Of a DNA stretch of 35,553 nt, positions 18,801-27,902 are shown one piece after another. A program made the translations under genes and the position numbers. Numbering within the stretch: the first letter of the stretch is position 1; every line of letters starts with the position of its first letter. The stretch lies in the IMG/VR virus record IMGVR_UViG_3300020003_000008, positions 1 through 35,553 of that record. One strand, given 5' to 3'. The notes under the pieces were generated by a model. That model did not search any database. It was given only the letters and a program-made list of their open reading frames with translations, and was not told the DNA's origin. Source of the stretch: a virus. Its lineage: Duplodnaviria > Caudoviricetes.

Positions 18801-19496
18801 TTACTTCCAGGCGAATGCGTACGTGCCGACGACTACGTGCTGTGCGGCGCTGAACCAGTACGCGCGGAAAGAGGTTGCGTCGAGCGCGCGGGCCGTGACG
18901 ACGATCTGGTCCATCTCGGGCTCGTCCTGCGCGTCGCCCTTGCTGGTGATCGCGGCAGCGGTCTGGACTACCTGGACAGGGGCGCCGCCCGTGAGGCCGC
19001 TGACGCCCGTGACGTCGAACGTGCCGGAGCGGCGCGCGGCGCCCAGATCCTTCGTGAACGCCGCCCACGAGCCGCCGCCACCACCAGGTGCGCCGGTGTC
19101 GCCCTTCGCGCCGGCCGGGCCCGGGACGATCCACGGGTACTCGGGGTCCTCGGCGTCGAAGCCGGGCGGCCCCATGAGGCCAGTGGCACCCGCTGCGCCT
19201 GGTGTACCAGGCGTACCAGCCGCGCCTTGCGGGCCGGCGGGGCCAAGAGGGCCTGGTTCACCAGGCTCGCCGTCTTCGCCGGGAGGGCCTGCCGGTCCTG
19301 CTGGGCCAGCCGCGCCGGGCGTGCCTGGTGCCCCTGCGGCTCCGGCCGCGCCTGCCGGGCCTGGCTGCCCCTGCGCGCCGTCCGCGCCGTCGAAGCCGTC
19401 TGCGCCGGGCGCCCCTGCCGCGCCGGCTGGACCTGCTGGGCCTTGGGGCCCAGGATCGCCGCCGCCGCCGCCGCCTGCGTTGTCGATCTGGCTCAT
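18801..19496 (-). CDS. Collagen-like (Gly-X-Y) fibre protein
   Basis: Long uninterrupted GXY run followed by a small globular C-terminal domain; ATGA overlap. Confidence 0.88.
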   Translation of the reverse strand: MSQIDNAGGGGGGDPGPQGPAGPAGAAGAPGADGFDGADGAQGQPGPAGAAGAAGAPGTPGAAGPAGPAGPPGEDGEPGEPGPLGPAGPQGAAGTPGTPGAAGATGLMGPPGFDAEDPEYPWIVPGPAGAKGDTGAPGGGGGSWAAFTKDLGAARRSGTFDVTGVSGLTGGAPVQVVQTAAAITSKGDAQDEPEMDQIVVTARALDATSFRAYWFSAAQHVVVGTYAFAWK

Positions 19497-19843
19497 GGCA
19501 GGCCGCAGTCGATGATGAAATAGCCGAGGACGCCGCCGACTACAGCGGCACCAGTCTGGTTGAGGATCAGATCCTCACCCTCGGCAGTGTCGAACCAAGG
19601 CTCACGGATGTTGTCGAGCGTCACGGAGCCGAGCGCGGACAGCATCACCGGGCCAGTGAGGTTCGTGGCGCCGCTCTTGAAGCGGAGCGTAGTGGCGAGA
19701 CTCGCCACGAGGAAGAGCTGGTAGGCCTGGATGCGGTGGCGCGCGCCGGACGACGCCACGAGGATATTGTCGCCCGTACCGGAGAACTCGATGGGCTTGA
19801 AGACGATCCGCACGCTGCCGCGCGGCTGGTACGGGTAGAGCAT
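19493..19843 (-). CDS. Hypothetical beta-rich virion protein
   Basis: GDNILVA...RFKSG...[13 protein letters not shown]...VGGVLGY; in operon orientation. Confidence 0.75.
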   Translation of the reverse strand: MLYPYQPRGSVRIVFKPIEFSGTGDNILVASSGARHRIQAYQLFLVASLATTLRFKSGATNLTGPVMLSALGSVTLDNIREPWFDTAEGEDLILNQTGAAVVGGVLGYFIIDCGLP

Positions 19844-19846
19844 GGA

Positions 19847-20110
19847 CTAGGCCGGGATCGAACTCTTGAACGCAGCGAGCGCGGCCTTCGCGGCGTCGAG
19901 GCGGGCGGTGACGTCGCGCAGCTCGACCTTGCGGACTTCGAGTTTCCTCTCCGCATCGACGAGCTGGTCCAGCTTCGCGCCGAGTGTGGCCACTTGCGGC
20001 TTGGCGGCCTCGGCGGCGGCGGACAGGTTCCGCGCGGCCACGGCCAGGTCGTTGGCAGCAGCGGACGCCTTGGTCCCGGCCGCCTGTAGGGCGTCGATCA
20101 GCTCTTTCAT
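19847..20110 (-). CDS. Ala-rich coiled-coil hypothetical protein
   Basis: AGGAG SD; heptad-like Ala/Leu pattern. Confidence 0.7.
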   Translation of the reverse strand: MKELIDALQAAGTKASAAANDLAVAARNLSAAAEAAKPQVATLGAKLDQLVDAERKLEVRKVELRDVTARLDAAKAALAAFKSSIPA

Positions 20111-20170
20111 GTCGGAGATCTCCTGGGAGGTTGGTGGCAGACGTTGCCCGGTCTGCCAGCGGGTTGTGGG

Positions 20171-20671
20171 CTAGGCGCCCTGAGCGTCGTGAGTGTAGGC
20201 GATGGTCGCCCGCAGCACACCGGCGGCGGGGCTGTTGGCCGTGTCGAACGAGGCGACGAGATCGAAGCCAGACTTGGAGACGACCTCGATGACGTCGACC
20301 ACGCCCACGTTCAGGTCGGCGTCGATGGCGGCGCCCCCGACGTCGAGCGAGTCGGCCAGGAGGGCGCCCTGTAGGGCCTGGAGGGTGCCGTCGGCCTTGA
20401 CGTAGGCGCCGATGCCCAAGTCCAGGTCGGACGTGGCGGTGCCGATCGGACAGACGATCCGGCAGAGCGCCAGGTAGATGCGGACCTTGCCGGCCGGCAT
20501 GCGCTGCAGCTTCAGGTCGCCGAGGGCGGCCGTGGTGAAGCCGGCGGCGGTGAAGGTGAGGGCCGCGTACTTGATGAACAGCGGGCCGTTGTCCTGGCCG
20601 TCGTTGTAGACGGGCGGCGTGGCGGTGCGGTTCGCGTACTGCAGAGACTTCGTGGGTGCGCTGATGGCCAT
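20171..20671 (-). CDS. Putative capsid decoration/cement protein
   Basis: Directly after the major capsid gene; GGGGAG SD; beta-sandwich-like RMPAGKVRI...DLDLG. Confidence 0.65.
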   Translation of the reverse strand: MAISAPTKSLQYANRTATPPVYNDGQDNGPLFIKYAALTFTAAGFTTAALGDLKLQRMPAGKVRIYLALCRIVCPIGTATSDLDLGIGAYVKADGTLQALQGALLADSLDVGGAAIDADLNVGVVDVIEVVSKSGFDLVASFDTANSPAAGVLRATIAYTHDAQGA

Positions 20672-20716
20672 GGAGAGAACTCCCCTTGGAGGTGGTGAGA
20701 GGTGAACGGCAGAGGT

Positions 20717-20741
20717 GCCCCGGGGGCGAATCCCCCGGGGC
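20717..20741 (-). terminator. GC hairpin after the capsid gene (terminator or mRNA stabiliser, no U-tract)
   Basis: GCCCCGGGGG-ATTCG-CCCCCGGGGC perfect 10-bp stem. Confidence 0.55.
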
Positions 20742-20757
20742 GGTTCAGCTCAGCGGA

Positions 20758-21687
20758 TTAACCGCTGATCCAGCGCTCGATCTTGAGGACGTGGTCGCGC
20801 TCCATGCGCGTCCCGCCGAACATCGCGCGGGCGTACGCGTACCACATGAAGCTGCGGTCGGCGCGCTTGGTGACCTCGGTCACGATGTCGATGGCCGTGG
20901 CGAAGACCACCGAGCCCTTGACGAACACGGGGAACATGTCCACAACCTCGGCGCCACCAGCCACGCCACGCATGACGTTGATGCCTTCGAGGATGTAGCC
21001 TTCCCAGAGGTGGAACTCGAAGCCCATGAAGCCGGAGATCTGCCCGGCGACCAGGGCCTTCACGCTCGCGAAGTCCGAGCTGGTCGCCTGGGTCGTCCCC
21101 AGGAGATCCGCACGGCCGGCCGCGTTGTACAGCAGGTGCATCTGCTCGTCGACGTCCCAGTGAAGGGCCGCCGCCGCGCGCGACGCCTCGATCAGCTTCG
21201 CGATGGTCAGCGTGCTGTTCGCTGCGCCGAAGTCCACGCCGATGACCGGGCCGCCCGCACTGGACAGCGTGGTCGGGTACGTCTCGGTCGTGGTGCCTTC
21301 CTTGCCCGTTGACGCGGCGCCGAAGAAGGACTGGTAGATGACCCGGTCGGCCTCGCGGCCGAGGGCCTTGACGAAGTTCTGCACGATCGCGGACGCGGGG
21401 TCGACGATCGTCTGGGCCTTCTCGAACGTGTCGATGAAGTCACCGACGTGGTACGCGGTGAGCGTCACCATACGCCGATCGAACGGCGTGTTGGCCTGCG
21501 GTGACGGCGCGAAGCGCGTGTCCACCTGCTCGGCCTGCACGGATCCGATCTGGTCGTAGAAGTTCTTCTCGCTCTGCTGGGACTCGTTGCGGACCCACTG
21601 ACGGAGGATCCCGCCCTTCTGTTCCAGGAGGTGCTGCAGGTTGTCGTGGTACTGCCGGACCTGTACTGTCGTGAGCTGGTCGGTCAT
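20758..21687 (-). CDS. Major capsid protein
   Basis: VRQYHDNLQHLLEQKG..LR...YDQIG...TPFDRR...ALGREADRVI...TSSDFASVKALVAG..GFMGFEF...MFGGTRME; follows the scaffold gene. Confidence 0.92.
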   Translation of the reverse strand: MTDQLTTVQVRQYHDNLQHLLEQKGGILRQWVRNESQQSEKNFYDQIGSVQAEQVDTRFAPSPQANTPFDRRMVTLTAYHVGDFIDTFEKAQTIVDPASAIVQNFVKALGREADRVIYQSFFGAASTGKEGTTTETYPTTLSSAGGPVIGVDFGAANSTLTIAKLIEASRAAAALHWDVDEQMHLLYNAAGRADLLGTTQATSSDFASVKALVAGQISGFMGFEFHLWEGYILEGINVMRGVAGGAEVVDMFPVFVKGSVVFATAIDIVTEVTKRADRSFMWYAYARAMFGGTRMERDHVLKIERWISG

Positions 21688-21867
21688 GGTGAGTTTCTCG
21701 TTGCGTTCACGGGACGTGAACGCGGGAAGGACGTGAACAGAACGTGGTGCGGAGGGTTCCCGGCCGTGCCGACCCTACCTGCGCGCTGACGGGGCGCTCT
21801 CCCGGCGCGTCTTACGCGCGTGCAGCCGGACGGCTCGCGCCGCTACCCGACGTGGGGCACAGGCTGA
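21688..21867 (-). promoter_or_regulatory. Structured 5' leader of the capsid gene
   Basis: 180-nt gap holding at least four hairpins, including a GCGA tetraloop, and a GTTCACGTCC direct repeat. Confidence 0.5.
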
Positions 21868-22749
21868 TCAAGCCTGGCCGTGTACCTGCTCCTGTAGTCG
21901 CGTCACCTCGGCGACGGCGTCCCTGTGGGACTTGGAGCTGTCCGTCGACCAGTAGGCGTGCTTTCTGTCGTTCATGATCGCGGCGAGCTTCAGCTTCGCT
22001 TCGGCCGCCCCGCCGCGGACGCTGTCCGCGAACACGGGGTTGTCCTCGCGTAGGATGCCGCCGACCTTGGCGAAGGCCTTGATGAGCGCGGGGTGGTTGC
22101 CGAGGCCCGTGCTGTCGAGCACGTCCATCAGCGCCTGGCCGCCGACTTCGAGCACGGCCTGGTGGCCAAGGTCGAGGTTGTCCTGCAGCGCGCCGCCCCA
22201 CTCCTTCTCCAACCCGGCCAGCGTGTCCTTGACGGAGCCGCCGAGCGCGTCGCGCGCCTCGCCCTCCATCTCGGAGTACAGGTCGAACGCGGTCTGGATC
22301 TGGTTGTCGCTGAAGCCGGCCTTGTGGAATCGCTCCTTCGCCGTCGACACCATCTTCTCGTCGGCGGTGCGGCCCGCGGGCACCTTCAGGGTGGCCTTGT
22401 AGTCCTCGATCTTCGCGGGCGGCAGCTCGATCAGGCCGGCCTCAGCCAGCTTGCCGAGGTTGTCGGTCTTCCACGCGGCGATCTCTTCCGGCTTCGCGTC
22501 CTTGGCCGGCACGCGCGTGAGCGCGCCACCGACCAGCTTCTGGGCGTCGCGGTAGCCCTTGGCGAGCACGGGACCAGCTTCGTCCCACGAGTCGCCCTTG
22601 ATGTTGTCGAACATCTTCTCGCCGCGGATGTCCTCCGCGAGCGACTGTCGCCACTTCGGCCCGGTCGGCTGCGCGGCTGCTGCGGCATCTGGTTGGTTGG
22701 CTCCCTGATTGTCCGGCTGCTGGGTCAGGATCGTGCCTTCTGTGCTCAC
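21868..22749 (-). CDS. Capsid scaffolding protein
   Basis: GTG 22749 with AGGAGG SD; WRQSL...LAKGYRDAQKLVG...LEKEWG...GLGNHPALIKAFAKVG...H.DAV.EV..L motifs. Confidence 0.88.
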   Translation of the reverse strand: MSTEGTILTQQPDNQGANQPDAAAAAQPTGPKWRQSLAEDIRGEKMFDNIKGDSWDEAGPVLAKGYRDAQKLVGGALTRVPAKDAKPEEIAAWKTDNLGKLAEAGLIELPPAKIEDYKATLKVPAGRTADEKMVSTAKERFHKAGFSDNQIQTAFDLYSEMEGEARDALGGSVKDTLAGLEKEWGGALQDNLDLGHQAVLEVGGQALMDVLDSTGLGNHPALIKAFAKVGGILREDNPVFADSVRGGAAEAKLKLAAIMNDRKHAYWSTDSSKSHRDAVAEVTRLQEQVHGQA

Positions 22750-23045
22750 TGGGCCTCCTGGTGAAAGTAGAACGACTCGCCCTCGGACTCCGTCTCGGCC
22801 AGCGGCTGGGGTTGCGGCTTCGGCTTCACCACGCGCTTGCCCTGCTCGACGGTGTTGAGGATGGCGACGAAGAAGGCCCGCTGGCCCTCGTTGAACGCCG
22901 CCTGGGTGGGGTTGGTGTTGAACGTCGTCGACGTGTGGCCGGCGACTACCGCGAAGTCTTCGAGGATCCGCTCGCCGTTGGGGCCGTCGAACAGGTTCTT
23001 GTACGCCTCGGCCCGCTCCTCGGTCGTCTTCCATGGATGCTTCAC
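22746..23045 (-). CDS. Bbp19-like small protein
   Basis: YKNLFDGPNGERILEDF...AFNEGQR motif; lies between portal and scaffold as in BPP-1-like phages. Confidence 0.8.
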   Translation of the reverse strand: MKHPWKTTEERAEAYKNLFDGPNGERILEDFAVVAGHTSTTFNTNPTQAAFNEGQRAFFVAILNTVEQGKRVVKPKPQPQPLAETESEGESFYFHQEAQ

Positions 23046-24718
23046 GCGGCGGCCTCCTGGTCAGGTGCGCCGCCGGTCAACATCTCCGCGTCGACGCCGA
23101 AGTTGCGCGCGGCCTCGGAGGCGCCCTTCAGCTTCTCCTGCTGCGCGGTGGCCTCGCGCGCTTCCTTCATCTCGGCCTCGATCTGCTTGACCTCGTCCGG
23201 CGAGAGCAGCAGATTGCTCGGCATCCCGCGCTTCTCGAACATGTAGCGGATCGCTTGCTTGCCGTCGATCACGATCGCCGAGTCGGGCTGGATCTTCACG
23301 ATCGGCTCGACCGCGAGGACGGCCTGAGTCAGCGAGTCGGCGTCGGTGACCTTCTGGGCCCGCGCCAGCGGGCCGAGGTACTCGATGTCGGCCTCGGCGA
23401 TCCCGCGCGAGAGCTGGTCGAGCACCTCACCAGGCGGCTCGGGGGCGCCGTTGGGGTCGAGCCACTCCGACCGCTCGCCGGCGCGCAGCATCATCGCGGC
23501 GCCGCGATGATGGACCTTCGCGTGCAGCTCGGTGTCGATGCGGCCAAGGGTGGGGCCGAGCACGCGCTGCATCAGCTCCAGCCGCTTCTGGATCTCCGTC
23601 GCGGTCGGCATGAGCTGGTTGGGGAGCTGAAGCTGCTCCCAGAAGAACATGTTGCGGATGTCGTTCTGCAGCGCCTCGCGCTCGATGACGTTGATCTGGT
23701 GATTGGCGCCGGTCTCGAACGCCTTCAGCGCCTCCATGTCGTACACGTCGATGAACGAGCCCGGGGTCAGCTTCGGCGTGCCGATGACGCCGTCGTGCCG
23801 GCGCAGCATCGGCGGCCGCACCGACGACGACCACGCCTGGAGGTTCAGCTTCACGGCTTCGTTCAGCGAGCTGATGTCGCCGAGCGAGGTGAAGCCGGGG
23901 CCGCGCCCGTACGTCTCGCCGGTCACCTTGGTCCAGCGCGGCGCGAAGAACGCCTGCTCGTGGAAGCCGGACTCCTCGATGAAGTAGCGCCCCTCGACGT
24001 CGACGTAGCACGAGGCGTAGGGCAGGCGCCGCGGGTGCGTGCCCTTCTTGTAGCCGCTCACGCCGTCGCGCGGGTAGCTGGCGTGCAGGATCTCGAACGG
24101 CACCTCTGCCGAGTCGGTGTGGTCCTTCAGCCGCAGGATCCGCTCGCCGACCCGGTTGCCCCAGCGGCGGAACGCCGCGCGCGGGGTCATCTTCAGCAGT
24201 CGCATGACGACGTCGACGTGGCCCTCGCCGTCCTCCGAGATCACGAACGTCCCGATCTCCTGCGACTGGAAGCGGAAGCCTCGGAACAGCGTGCCGCCGC
24301 CCTGCTTCTCATCCATCAGGATGCAGGCCGTGCCGAAGGCGCCGAGGTCGAGGTAGACCTCCTGCATCTCCTGCTGGAAGTTGGAGCGGGTCAGGTTGCG
24401 GTAGAGCCGCTCGCTGAACTCCTCGTACCAGGCGTTGACGGCCTTGTTCTTCGAGCGCGTGCCGTCAGCGAGCGCGAACCAGCGGACGACCGCCGACGTC
24501 AGCGCGCCCTGCATCGAGCTGGCAAGCAGCTCGTTGGCGCGGATCGCGGTGCCGGTGAACTGGTCCTCGATGCGCAGGCCGGGCGTCCGGTAGAACTGGA
24601 GCCCGCTCTTGCGCGGCAGCACCAGGCGGCCGATGCGGTCCCACGTGGGCTCCCACAGACGTCGCGGCTGGAGCAGCGACTCGTGCCACTGGATCAGTTC
24701 CTGCGCGGTCTGGGCCAC
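23042..24718 (-). CDS. Portal protein (head-tail connector)
   Basis: WEPTW...LASSMQGALTS...SNF.QE...YLDLGAFGTA...PRW...GETYGRGPG...TATEI...LGP.LGR...EYLGPLARAQ. Confidence 0.95.
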   Translation of the reverse strand: MAQTAQELIQWHESLLQPRRLWEPTWDRIGRLVLPRKSGLQFYRTPGLRIEDQFTGTAIRANELLASSMQGALTSAVVRWFALADGTRSKNKAVNAWYEEFSERLYRNLTRSNFQQEMQEVYLDLGAFGTACILMDEKQGGGTLFRGFRFQSQEIGTFVISEDGEGHVDVVMRLLKMTPRAAFRRWGNRVGERILRLKDHTDSAEVPFEILHASYPRDGVSGYKKGTHPRRLPYASCYVDVEGRYFIEESGFHEQAFFAPRWTKVTGETYGRGPGFTSLGDISSLNEAVKLNLQAWSSSVRPPMLRRHDGVIGTPKLTPGSFIDVYDMEALKAFETGANHQINVIEREALQNDIRNMFFWEQLQLPNQLMPTATEIQKRLELMQRVLGPTLGRIDTELHAKVHHRGAAMMLRAGERSEWLDPNGAPEPPGEVLDQLSRGIAEADIEYLGPLARAQKVTDADSLTQAVLAVEPIVKIQPDSAIVIDGKQAIRYMFEKRGMPSNLLLSPDEVKQIEAEMKEAREATAQQEKLKGASEAARNFGVDAEMLTGGAPDQEAAA

Positions 24719-24721
24719 TCG

Positions 24722-25051
24722 TTAGCCTCGGCCGTACGCGCCGCCGAGCAGCGAGCGCGAGCCGCCAGACATGCCGCCGACACCACCCAGCGTGTGCGGG
24801 GCATCAGGCCGGCCGGAGCCGAGCTGCTGCGGGGTGCGGCGGCCGGCGATGATCGTCGCGGCCTTGCCGCGGCGGGCGGCGGCGTCGGCGCCCTCGCGCG
24901 CACTGGCCTTCGCAGCGTCGGACTCTTCGGGCGGCGGCATCGGCGGCGGCGCCTTCGGGGGCTCGGGGCCACCGAAGTAGCGCGCGCGGTCGAACTCGAA
25001 ACTGGCGCCTGCGTAGCGGTGGCCGCGAACAACAGCACCCTTCTTCTTCAT
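24722..25051 (-). CDS. Pre-portal small virion protein (T7 gp7.3-like position)
   Basis: ATG 25051 overlaps the TerL stop; GGPEPPKAPPP...RRGKAATI...SLLG pattern. Confidence 0.7.
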   Translation of the reverse strand: MKKKGAVVRGHRYAGASFEFDRARYFGGPEPPKAPPPMPPPEESDAAKASAREGADAAARRGKAATIIAGRRTPQQLGSGRPDAPHTLGGVGGMSGGSRSLLGGAYGRG

Positions 25052-26481
25052 CACACAGTCCTCGGGTCGTAGTCGTTCTCTGCCACCTGCTCGGCGGACA
25101 GGTTCCGCGGGTCGTAGTCCGCGGCGTACTCTTGCTTGTGCTGCACGATCGGGACGCGCGAGTCGCCCTTCGCCCCGGTGCGGAACGCGTCCGCGCCGTG
25201 TGACCACTGGTCGTGGCGTGGGGTCTTCTTGTACACGAACTTCTCGGCGTCGTAGTCCTTGCGGTACTCGCGCAGCGACTGCAGGCCGCGCTCGCACTTC
25301 GCGGCGTCGAACCAGCACCGTTGGAGCATCCCGCGAACGGCGTCGATGCCGTCTTGAACCTGGTGGCGCACGGTCACGACGATCGGTTTGATGCCGAGCT
25401 TCACGGCGGTGTCGCGCCGCTTGATGCCTGACCCCAGCTCGTGCACCTCGATGTCGTGCGGCATCACGTGGTGCGCGTAGACGTACGGCTTGTCGGCGAG
25501 CAGCTTCGCGTAGTAGGGGAGGCCCTCGCCGCTGTGCTCGTCGTAGTCGACCAGCCGCACCTCAGACCCGGCGCGCTGCACGTACCAGATCGTGGTCGAG
25601 TCGTCGTACCCCAAGTCCCACCAGGTGGCCACAGGGAGCGTCGGGTCCCACGGCACGCGCGTGATCCGGTTGTTCTGCGCGAGCCAGCGCATCTGCGGCG
25701 CGTAGTAGGCGCCGGCGATCGAGCCGAGGAAGGAGCAGTAGTATTCCTGGTCCGCGGTCTCGCGGTCGAGCCGGCCGTCGGCCACGCGCTGCTCGACGTG
25801 GGCCGGGTCGATGACGGGCGTACCGTCCGGCCGCTTCGTGTCGTTGATGGTCAGCAACGACGAGTACCACTCCGGGTCGCCCACCGCGTGGTTGTGAAGC
25901 TTGTACGCGTGGTTCTGTCCCTGCGGCGTGTAGACGAAGACGGCCCAGCCGCCGTTCTCCAGCAGCATCGGCTCGATCAGGTTGGTCCAGCTCTCCGGCT
26001 TCGAGACGCTGAACTCAGAGAACACCGCGCCCTTGACGTTGGCGCCGCGCACGCTGTCGAGCTTGTCGGTGCCGACGAGCTGGATCAGGGACCCGTTCTT
26101 CAGCCAGATCTGCATCTCGTCTTCGACGAAGCGGTCGAGCCACAAGGGCGGGACGAAGGACTTGAACGGGACGCCGTCGTTCTTGCCGTCGCTGCGGTCG
26201 TCGCCCATGCCGCGCGTCGTCTGACCGTCCCAGATGATCTTCTTCATCTGGTTGTAGGTCGGGCCGAGGTAGTAGTAGATCCCGCGCTCCAGCGCGGCCT
26301 TCGTCAGCAGGAACGTGAGCGCCGTGGTGTCCTTGCCGGCGCGGCGGTGCCACACGATGTCGGCGCGCTGCTTCTGGCCGGCCATCATCGCTTCCCAGAA
26401 CGGGAGCTGGTAGCCGCGCGGCTGGTACGGCAGGCCGGCCGAATTCAGGTCGGCGAAGAACTTCGAGAGGGAGTGGGTCAA
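25051..26481 (-). CDS. terL: Terminase large subunit
   Basis: Q motif (PRGYQ), Walker A HRRAGKD, Walker B GAVFSEF, TPQG, nuclease WDLG and HGADAFR; start probably TTG 26481 (TTGA overlap). Confidence 0.95.
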   Translation of the reverse strand: MTHSLSKFFADLNSAGLPYQPRGYQLPFWEAMMAGQKQRADIVWHRRAGKDTTALTFLLTKAALERGIYYYLGPTYNQMKKIIWDGQTTRGMGDDRSDGKNDGVPFKSFVPPLWLDRFVEDEMQIWLKNGSLIQLVGTDKLDSVRGANVKGAVFSEFSVSKPESWTNLIEPMLLENGGWAVFVYTPQGQNHAYKLHNHAVGDPEWYSSLLTINDTKRPDGTPVIDPAHVEQRVADGRLDRETADQEYYCSFLGSIAGAYYAPQMRWLAQNNRITRVPWDPTLPVATWWDLGYDDSTTIWYVQRAGSEVRLVDYDEHSGEGLPYYAKLLADKPYVYAHHVMPHDIEVHELGSGIKRRDTAVKLGIKPIVVTVRHQVQDGIDAVRGMLQRCWFDAAKCERGLQSLREYRKDYDAEKFVYKKTPRHDQWSHGADAFRTGAKGDSRVPIVQHKQEYAADYDPRNLSAEQVAENDYDPRTV

Positions 26482-26603
26482 CCCAGTTCGAACCAGACGC
26501 AGAGCGGGCCAAGCGTGATCCAGGCCCCGCGGTAGTACGGCTCGTACACGACGTTGATGCCGAGCCCGCAGTGCCGCCACGTCAGGCGGTAGCCCCACTC
26601 CAT
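26478..26603 (-). CDS. 41-aa hypothetical protein
   Basis: Manual translation MEWGYRLTWRHCGLGINVVYEPYYRGAWITLGPLCVWFELG; stop/start overlaps at both ends. Confidence 0.55.
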   Translation of the reverse strand: MEWGYRLTWRHCGLGINVVYEPYYRGAWITLGPLCVWFELG

Positions 26604-26761
26604 CACGGCTCGCTCGGCGACTTCTTGGGCTCGACCGACCAAGGGTCGACGCGCACGCGCTGGCGCGCGAGCTGGTCCTGGGCGGCCTTCTCGATGATCG
26701 GGCCCTTCGCGCGGGGGCTGACGATCATCTCGTCTTCGGGGGTGGGGAGCAGGTCGGCCAT
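26603..26761 (-). CDS. 52-aa hypothetical protein
   Basis: AGGAGG SD, TGATG overlap; MADLLPTPEDEMIVSPRAKG... Confidence 0.6.
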   Translation of the reverse strand: MADLLPTPEDEMIVSPRAKGPIIEKAAQDQLARQRVRVDPWSVEPKKSPSEP

Positions 26762-26901
26762 CACGCGCCTCCTAGGAGCATCGAGACCAGGTCAAGCAGC
26801 GTGCCCACGATGATCCAGACAACCGCCATGTACAGCAGCGACAGCACCGGGAGCACGGTCAGGCAGCCGGCGACCACCCAGAACGTGGCGCGACGGCTCA
26901 T
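26761..26901 (-). CDS. 46-aa membrane protein
   Basis: MSRRATFWVVAGCLTVLPVLSLLYMAVVWIIVGTLLDLVSMLLGGA; overlaps at both ends. Confidence 0.6.
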   Translation of the reverse strand: MSRRATFWVVAGCLTVLPVLSLLYMAVVWIIVGTLLDLVSMLLGGA

Positions 26902-27101
26902 ACGATCCGCGGCGGCCAGTCCCACTGGCCCGGCTCGGCTCCCTGCGTGACGGCGTGCGCGAAGAACACGTCGCCGAACAGGCTCATGACGAACAGCTCG
27001 ACGGAGCCGTCCAGGTTCACGCGCTGGATGACCGACGGCGACTGGTCGACGCCCCCCGGGTGGTTGTAGACGGCGACGCGGCCGATGCTGGGCTTCATCA
27101 T
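26898..27101 (-). CDS. Small conserved phage protein
   Basis: MKPSIGRV..Y...WDWPPR pattern, frequent in phage small proteins; ATGA overlap. Confidence 0.7.
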   Translation of the reverse strand: MMKPSIGRVAVYNHPGGVDQSPSVIQRVNLDGSVELFVMSLFGDVFFAHAVTQGAEPGQWDWPPRIV

Positions 27102-27346
27102 GGGGCGGGGTGCACCTGGATCCACACGAGCGGGTTGGCGGCCGGGTTGGCGGCCTTCCAGACGGAGCCGTCGTTCTTGGCGCCGAGGAGGAAGTTGCCG
27201 GTCGAGACCCAGACGAGCGTGATGAAGCGAGCGGCGGCCAGTAGCGCGGCGGCGTCGAGGAGCGCCTTGGCGGCGGCCTCGCGCTCCAGGGCGTTGCTCT
27301 GGGCTTCGGCGGCGAGGACGCGGCGGACGTCGAGGCGGTCTGGCAT
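27098..27346 (-). CDS. Hypothetical protein
   Basis: In-operon ORF, Ala-rich helix followed by a short beta region. Confidence 0.6.
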   Translation of the reverse strand: MPDRLDVRRVLAAEAQSNALEREAAAKALLDAAALLAAARFITLVWVSTGNFLLGAKNDGSVWKAANPAANPLVWIQVHPAP

Positions 27347-27359
27347 GTGGGTGAACGCA

Positions 27360-27390
27360 GCGAAGCGGGGGGCGAATCCCCCCGCTCCGC
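27360..27390 (-). terminator. GC hairpin after the second collagen-like gene
   Basis: GCGGAGCGGGGGG-ATTCG-CCCCCCGCTTCGC; its G-U pair forms only on the minus strand; same loop as 20717-20741. Confidence 0.55.
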
Positions 27391-27404
27391 TTGGTTGCGT
27401 GAAC

Positions 27405-27902
27405 TTAGATCGGGTTCTCCAGGACCGTCACCCTGGCGTTGAGCGCCAGAGCCGCCTGGTCGACCGCGTCGAGACGCGCGTTGATGGCCACGTGAGCCGC
27501 GTCCATCGCAGCGATGGCAGCCTCGACGGCCACCAGTCTCGCCTCGTCGGCGGGGGTACCGGGCTCGCCCTGCGGACCAGGCTCGCCCTGGATGCCCTGG
27601 AGGCCCTGCGGCCCTTCGGCACCCTGCGCACCAGGCTCGCCCTGTGCTCCGGGCTCACCCTGCGCGCCGGCCTCACCCTGCGGGCCAACGGCCCCGGGCT
27701 CGCCCTGCGCACCGGCGGCACCGTCGATGCCCGCGGGACCCTGCGGCCCTACGGCTCCGGTGTCGCCCTTCTCGCCCTGCGGTCCCTGCGTCACGGCGTT
27801 CTTGATGGCCGCGACCAGCTCGGCGAGACCCGACAGATCGGGCGCCGGGCACATCACCTGCGCCTCGTCCTGCTCGCAGTTCTCGTCTCGGAAGTGGGTC
27901 AT
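27405..27902 (-). CDS. Collagen-like protein with C-terminal coiled coil
   Basis: AAGGAG SD before ATG 27902; [10 protein letters not shown]...GEPG repeats followed by LNARVTVLE. Confidence 0.85.
   Translation of the reverse strand: MTHFRDENCEQDEAQVMCPAPDLSGLAELVAAIKNAVTQGPQGEKGDTGAVGPQGPAGIDGAAGAQGEPGAVGPQGEAGAQGEPGAQGEPGAQGAEGPQGLQGIQGEPGPQGEPGTPADEARLVAVEAAIAAMDAAHVAINARLDAVDQAALALNARVTVLENPI

Noticed and set aside
18801-19496. 9-bp-period repeats here and at 27405-27902 as DNA repeat elements
   Set aside because: Fully explained by collagen Gly-X-Y coding.
781-26535. Many long + strand ORFs (e.g. 1354-3732, 11446-12792, 23033-25072) and alternative-frame Arg-rich minus-strand ORFs
   Set aside because: Shadow ORFs of high-GC3 genes: they lie antisense or out of frame to recognisable phage genes and show no motifs or SD sites.
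26482-26598. ORF-track N-terminal extension of TerL (similar extensions for tail tubular B, scaffold, ligase and nuclease)
   Set aside because: The extensions overlap upstream genes; internal starts with stop/start overlaps or SD sites are more plausible.
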